Below are positions 63,078 to 64,000 of a stretch of 64,000 bases of DNA, piece after piece. The notes under the pieces are model-generated. The model was not told where the DNA came from. It saw only the letters and a list, made by a program, of their open reading frames with translations, and did not search any database. Numbering within the stretch: position 1 is the first letter of the stretch; each line of letters opens with the position of its first letter. The stretch is taken from positions 186,001 to 250,000 of the IMG/VR virus record IMGVR_UViG_3300017917_001996; one strand, given 5' to 3'. Made by a program: the position numbers and the translations under genes.

Positions 63078-64000
63078 ATGACTAAAAAATTATTAAGAAT
63101 AGACGGAATACAAATTGGCGGAGCTTCGCTAACAGCTACTGGTAATACTGTGGTCACTAGTGGACCAGTTGATTTATCTAATAGTACCATTGCATGGACT
63201 TCAGTTAGTGACAAACCTATTTTTTCAAATATTGCCTTAAGCGGTAGTTATGCTGATCTATCAAATATACCAGTTACTGTAGAAACAGCAGCTATAATAG
63301 GAACTGACTTGCAGCTAACATACACTGATTCAACTACTGCTAATTTAGGATCAGTTATGGGCGCAACTGGACCACAAGGCATTCAGGGCGACACAGGAGC
63401 CACTGGACCACAAGGAATTCAGGGCGTTCAAGGCGACACAGGAGCCACTGGACCACAAGGGATTCAAGGGATTCAAGGGATTCAGGGAGATGTTGGAGCT
63501 ACAGGTTTAACTGGAGCCACTGGTGCCCAAGGCGACACAGGAGCCACAGGTCCACAAGGCATTCAAGGTGATGTAGGTGCCACTGGTGCACAAGGCGTTC
63601 AGGGCGTTCAAGGCGATACAGGAGCCACAGGTCCACAAGGGATTCAAGGGATCCAAGGCGACACAGGAGCCACAGGAGCCACAGGTCCACAAGGGATTCA
63701 AGGCGACACAGGAGCCACAGGTCCACAAGGCATTCAGGGCGATGTAGGAGCCACAGGTCCACAAGGGATTCAAGGCGACACAGGAGCCACAGGTCCACAA
63801 GGCATCCAAGGAGATACGGGTGCTACCGGTTTAACTGGAGCAACAGGTGCCCAAGGAAATACAGGATTAGGGTTTAAGATAGCTAAAACTTACTCTAGTG
63901 TTGCTGCTTTAACGGCCGATACTATTCCCACAGGGATCAATCAAGGTGAGTTTGCGTTAATTGACACTGGTGATGTTGAAAATGCAGAAAATTCTAGATT
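63078..64000 (+). CDS. Collagen-like fibre protein, 3'-truncated by the window; not in the ORF track
   Basis: [10 protein letters not shown]... then G-X-Y repeats; frame is open to the end of the window. Confidence 0.85.
   Translation, partial: MTKKLLRIDGIQIGGASLTATGNTVVTSGPVDLSNSTIAWTSVSDKPIFSNIALSGSYADLSNIPVTVETAAIIGTDLQLTYTDSTTANLGSVMGATGPQGIQGDTGATGPQGIQGVQGDTGATGPQGIQGIQGIQGDVGATGLTGATGAQGDTGATGPQGIQGDVGATGAQGVQGVQGDTGATGPQGIQGIQGDTGATGATGPQGIQGDTGATGPQGIQGDVGATGPQGIQGDTGATGPQGIQGDTGATGLTGATGAQGNTGLGFKIAKTYSSVAALTADTIPTGINQGEFALIDTGDVENAENSR
63360..63866 (+). repeat. Collagen Gly-X-Y repeat, about 56 triplets ([12 protein letters not shown])
   Basis: Near-identical DNA repeats ggcgacacaggagccacaggtccacaagg. 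Confidence 0.9.

Noticed and set aside
63360-63866. CRISPR-like array of near-identical DNA repeats
   Set aside because: No unique spacers; the repeats are in-frame collagen G-X-Y codons.
1-64000. Alternative genetic code (stop-codon reassignment, as in some jumbo phages)
   Set aside because: Core genes are full length in code 11 and end at TAA, TGA and TAG. The few breaks are explained by the intein or by homopolymer frameshifts.
1-64000. tRNA, rRNA or structured ncRNA genes; portal and major capsid genes
   Set aside because: Intergenic spaces are short and explained by promoters and terminators. No cloverleaf was seen by eye (tRNAscan/Infernal would be decisive). No gp20/gp23-like ORF was recognised, so these probably lie outside the window.

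Overview
A 64-kb segment of a large T4-related myophage (jumbo-phage-like) genome in the standard genetic code, probably infecting a Gram-negative host (it encodes an outer-membrane beta-barrel and heptose-pathway enzymes). From left to right it holds: (1) giant tail-fibre/adhesin-like genes with LamG and Gly-rich domains, interleaved with a sugar-activation/glycosylation cluster; (2) neck and tail genes (gp15-, gp14-, gp13-like, gp18 sheath, gp19 tube, gp54-like, gp4), probable internal head proteins and a probable TerS; (3) a terminase large subunit broken in two by an atypically split intein, with a free-standing HNH endonuclease gene between the halves; (4) an OMP cassette, then gp32/UvsX/UvsY; (5) a second glycosylation island; (6) a run of small early genes behind strong sigma70 promoters; (7) a replication cluster (UvsW, gp62-like, EndoVII-type nuclease and a 198-aa miniature DNA polymerase III alpha core); (8) a coiled-coil tail fibre and a collagen-like protein that runs off the end. 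Both sigma70-type and T4 late-type promoters are readable, and many sit 5-7 nt from the start codon, implying leaderless mRNAs. I found no tRNA, rRNA or CRISPR array. All family calls come from motifs recognised by eye; no database searches were run.
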